NCBI GenBank assembly: GCA_964016885.1
Contig: OZ024760.1
Location: forward strand, 22,816,001 to 22,880,000
DNA length: 64,000 nucleotides
DNA from: Eledone cirrhosa
Lineage: Eukaryota
Direction: 5' to 3'
The notes under the pieces are model-generated. The model was not told the DNA's origin. It saw nothing but the letters and a program-made list of their open reading frames with translations, and ran no database searches. The translations under genes were made by a program, and so were the position numbers. Below, piece by piece: positions 61,027 to 64,000 of the stretch (position 1 is the first letter of the stretch; every line of letters begins with the position of its first letter).

Positions 61027-61451
61027 ATATTATTCAGAATATTAATAAATGAAGACATTCACATAATCAAAATATGTTTTACGGGGTCGATAAAATAAAG
61101 TACCAATAATGCACTGGATAATTGCTGGCCTTGTGCCTAAAGTAGAAACAATTATATTCAGTATTATATTCCAGTATTGTAATTGCCAATACTGGAATTG
61201 AACTATCAAGACAGTTGAGGTATGTCATACATTAATTCAAGTATTTTATCTGACGAGGACGTACTGAAAAAACAGCACAGTACCTTCGAAATATATATAA
61301 TAAAACATATATTTTGATTATGTGAATGTCTTCATTTATTAATATTCTGAATGATGTTAATAACTCCAGAAAACTTCGCTGTTGAGTGCTTTTAATCTAT
61401 TGTAAAACTATATTCATTGAGTAATCAATGAATCATATTAATCTTTGGTTA
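60972..61451 (+). mobile_element. PLE-type insertion, family D relative, with SINE fragment 61081-61154
   Basis: 61024-61080 is the inverse of 61301-61360; hammerhead and tail present. Confidence 0.75.
61244..61305 (+). ncRNA. Minimal type-I hammerhead ribozyme
   Basis: TTTTAT-CTGACGA-GGACGTACTG...CAGTACCTTC-GAAA-T-ATAT-A-TA-ATAAAA. Confidence 0.88.
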
Positions 61452-61458
61452 TATATAT

Positions 61459-61512
<54 letters not shown>

Positions 61513-61570
61513 TTAGAGCCCTACATGGCTGAATACAATAAATGTAATCTGAGTTTTTCGTTATATTAAT

Positions 61571-61741
61571 AATTGTTTCTACGTTTGCCACAAGGCCAGC
61601 AAATATCTCAGTACATTACTGGTACTTTATTTTATCGATCCCATAAGGATGAAAAGCGAAGTTAACCTCGGCGGGATTGGAACTCAGACCATAAAGGGGC
61701 GTAACTCTTTGCTGCAAAGCATGGCGTCTGACCCACTACCG
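61571..61741 (-). mobile_element. SINE nested in a family J fragment
   Basis: TSD-like TATATTAATAAT / TATAATAATAAT; the flanks rejoin as in 36097-36170. Confidence 0.85.
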
Positions 61742-61785
61742 TATAATAATAATATTAGATTCGTTTGCATTTATGCAAACAGCCT

Positions 61786-61822
<37 letters not shown>

Positions 61823-62147
61823 TTGTATACATAGACAGATATGTATATATGTGTAAGCGGATATATGCTGTATACTACTGGTCTCGTATAACTTCCAGTG
61901 GCCATCCTGCGGTTTCAAAATAATTTACTCTAACGGTGCTAACATAGAATAACATCCATCTTTAACATTGATACCTGTTATGTTTTTTTTTATCATATAT
62001 TTTATATTTTATCTTGCTGGTGGTATTTGCTTCTTGCTGACGATGGAATATTTGTTTAAGTGTTCCTTTTTATTTTACTGACATATTTGTTATGTTGTTG
62101 TTATTGCTAAAGCATTTGAAAGTGTTGCTTATCATCTTGTAATTGAT

Positions 62148-62357
62148 GGCAGTGAATTAGCAAAAGCAATGGAACGTCAGATGAAATGATTCGCGGTATA
62201 TAATTGCGTCCATTTACGTTCTGAGCTAAAAAACGGCTGAGTTTAGCTTTGCCTTTAATCCACCAGCGTAGGATATGTTAACGTAACAGTAATGACCTAA
62301 AGGAAGGGTCATTTAATCGACTTCACCTAAGCAATATTGTTCACTTTGTGCCGAAAT
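62148..62357 (+). mobile_element. Old SINE copy
   Basis: GGCAGTGAATTAGCA...TTACGTTCTGAG...TTTGCCTTT...TTTAATCGACTT. Confidence 0.6.
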
Positions 62358-62439
62358 CAGTTGCTAATGAATACTATAAATTCGTTTTCACACCTCCAAT
62401 GAGACAGATGCAAATAAATAAGCTAGTTGAGGTCTTTTA

Positions 62440-62950
62440 CAAATAGAAATGGCAATTATTAAATGCACAGATATAAATGTGAAAGATGTAATATCAGCCA
62501 TAGACAAAATGAAACCAAATTCAGATCCTGGTCCTGTTGGTTTCCCAGTAATTCTTCTAAGAACATACAAAGAAACATTAAACACAACCACTACAGACCC
62601 TCTTCCAAAGTTCCCTAATAAGTGGTAAACTATCCGGAAAACTAAAAGAATGCATGCTCTCAAAAGAAACGAATCACCAAAAGGAAACTGATAACTTTTA
62701 AAGGAGAAAATGGTCTTCTAAATGACACCCAGCATTTCTATTACACTTGTCTTGTGCAGATTTTACGGCAGTATGGATAGATGCTGAAACAGCTGCGAGA
62801 TCTTTCGAATGTTGGTGTGAAATATGGTGTCTTTGCGAAGACCTTCGACAAGGTTCCTCGTGGTATATATAGCTGGAAAAACTCGGTGAATGGTTTAATG
62901 ATTTCTTAGAAGATAGAAGATAGAAGCCTGACTGTTACAGCTAACGGGGC
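62440..62950 (+). pseudogene. Decayed CR1/L2-group reverse transcriptase fragment
   Basis: AIDKMKPNSDPGPVGFP, ENGLLNDTQH, FAKTFDKVPRG and GKLGEWFNDFLEDR motifs across frameshifts. Confidence 0.7.
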
Positions 62951-62958
62951 CTCGCTAA

Positions 62959-63037
<79 letters not shown>

Positions 63038-63088
63038 TATATGTATGTATGTATATGTAAATGATTATATTCATAAATATGTATATAT

Positions 63089-63315
63089 TTAAAATATGTA
63101 GTTTAGAAAGCCACAACAATGCAGATGGGAAATCTCGAGGTAGGAAGTGAGTGAGAAATAGGAGAAAAGTGAAAATTGAGAGAAACGAAAAAACGAAAAC
63201 AAAACAAAGGTAGAAGGGTTACCGTAGTGGAGATTTAATCCCAATATTTCGGGCTCACGCCCATCAACGGGGGGAAAGTTCCAAAAGGGGGGGAACAGGC
63301 TAAGCCGGAGAAAGT
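63089..63315 (-). mobile_element. PLE-type 3' end related to family I, with hammerhead-like motif at 63240-63273
   Basis: CCC-CCGTTGA-T-GGGC-GTGA-GCCC-GAAA-TATT-GGG; GAGATTTCCCATCTGCATTGT similar to 29523. Confidence 0.55.
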
Positions 63316-63377
63316 TGTATCTTATATATATATATATGTATATATTTATATTTATGTATGTATTATATATATATGAA

Positions 63378-63564
63378 GTGGATTGGCAGTATCGGTACAA
63401 GGTTGAACGCCATGCGTTGCAGCATAGAGTTACATCCCTTTACAGTCTGAGTTCAAATCCCGCCGAGGTAAACTTTGCCTTTTATCCTTACACGGTCGAT
63501 AAAATAAAGAACCAGTAATGCACTGGGATAATTGCTGGCCTTGTGCCAAAAGTAGAAACAATTA
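63378..63564 (+). mobile_element. tRNA-derived SINE
   Basis: Matches consensus. Confidence 0.9.
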
Positions 63565-63592
63565 TATATATGTGTATATGTATATATATATG

Positions 63593-63624
<32 letters not shown>

Positions 63625-63934
63625 TACATTTATATATGATAGTTGTAAATCTGGTGCCTGTATAAGCTGGTAATTAATCATCACCTGAGCATGTACAATC
63701 ACATATCATCTTTTGTTTACCCTTCGTGTCATCTAATACAAAGGAGAATTAATAAGTTAGAACATCAAAACTATTAACCAGGTAACATATATTACATATC
63801 TATATCTATATATGTGCGTCTGTTGTGAGGGTATTGACCTGCTTCCTCGCAGTTATTAATAAAAATGCATTCTGTCAGTCACTATTTCTTAATTCCTCTT
63901 GATACGTAATACAAAACTTTAGCTGATTAGCACA

Positions 63935-64000
<66 letters not shown>

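Overview
AT-rich, non-genic eukaryotic (animal) DNA made mostly of (TA)n/(CA)n/trinucleotide microsatellites, minisatellites and transposon fragments. I could not support any host gene, and nearly all listed ORFs are low-complexity artefacts. An abundant tRNA-derived SINE resembles octopod cephalopod SINEs (from recall, unverified). The main signal is a (TA)n sink colonised by about 10 distinct Penelope-like retroelement (PLE) families, one of which retains a Naiad-like thumb + GIY-YIG ORF fragment at 53332-54003. Most insertions are 3'-end hairpins (inverted arm, direct arm, 70-90 nt tail). I found about nine near-canonical minimal type-I hammerhead ribozymes plus several variants. Two patterns stand out: (1) a covarying ACTC/GAGT bulged stem-loop shared by the tails of otherwise dissimilar families, located just after the inverted-arm breakpoint; (2) fold-back centres that coincide with the position of hammerhead stem II. 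Also present: Tx1-like fragments in (GATA)n, an R4/Dong-like fragment at (TAA)n, RTE and CR1-like fragments, a mariner remnant with a paralogous empty site, a probable Helitron, and three minisatellites derived from tRNA/SINE heads. All alignments and folds were done by eye.
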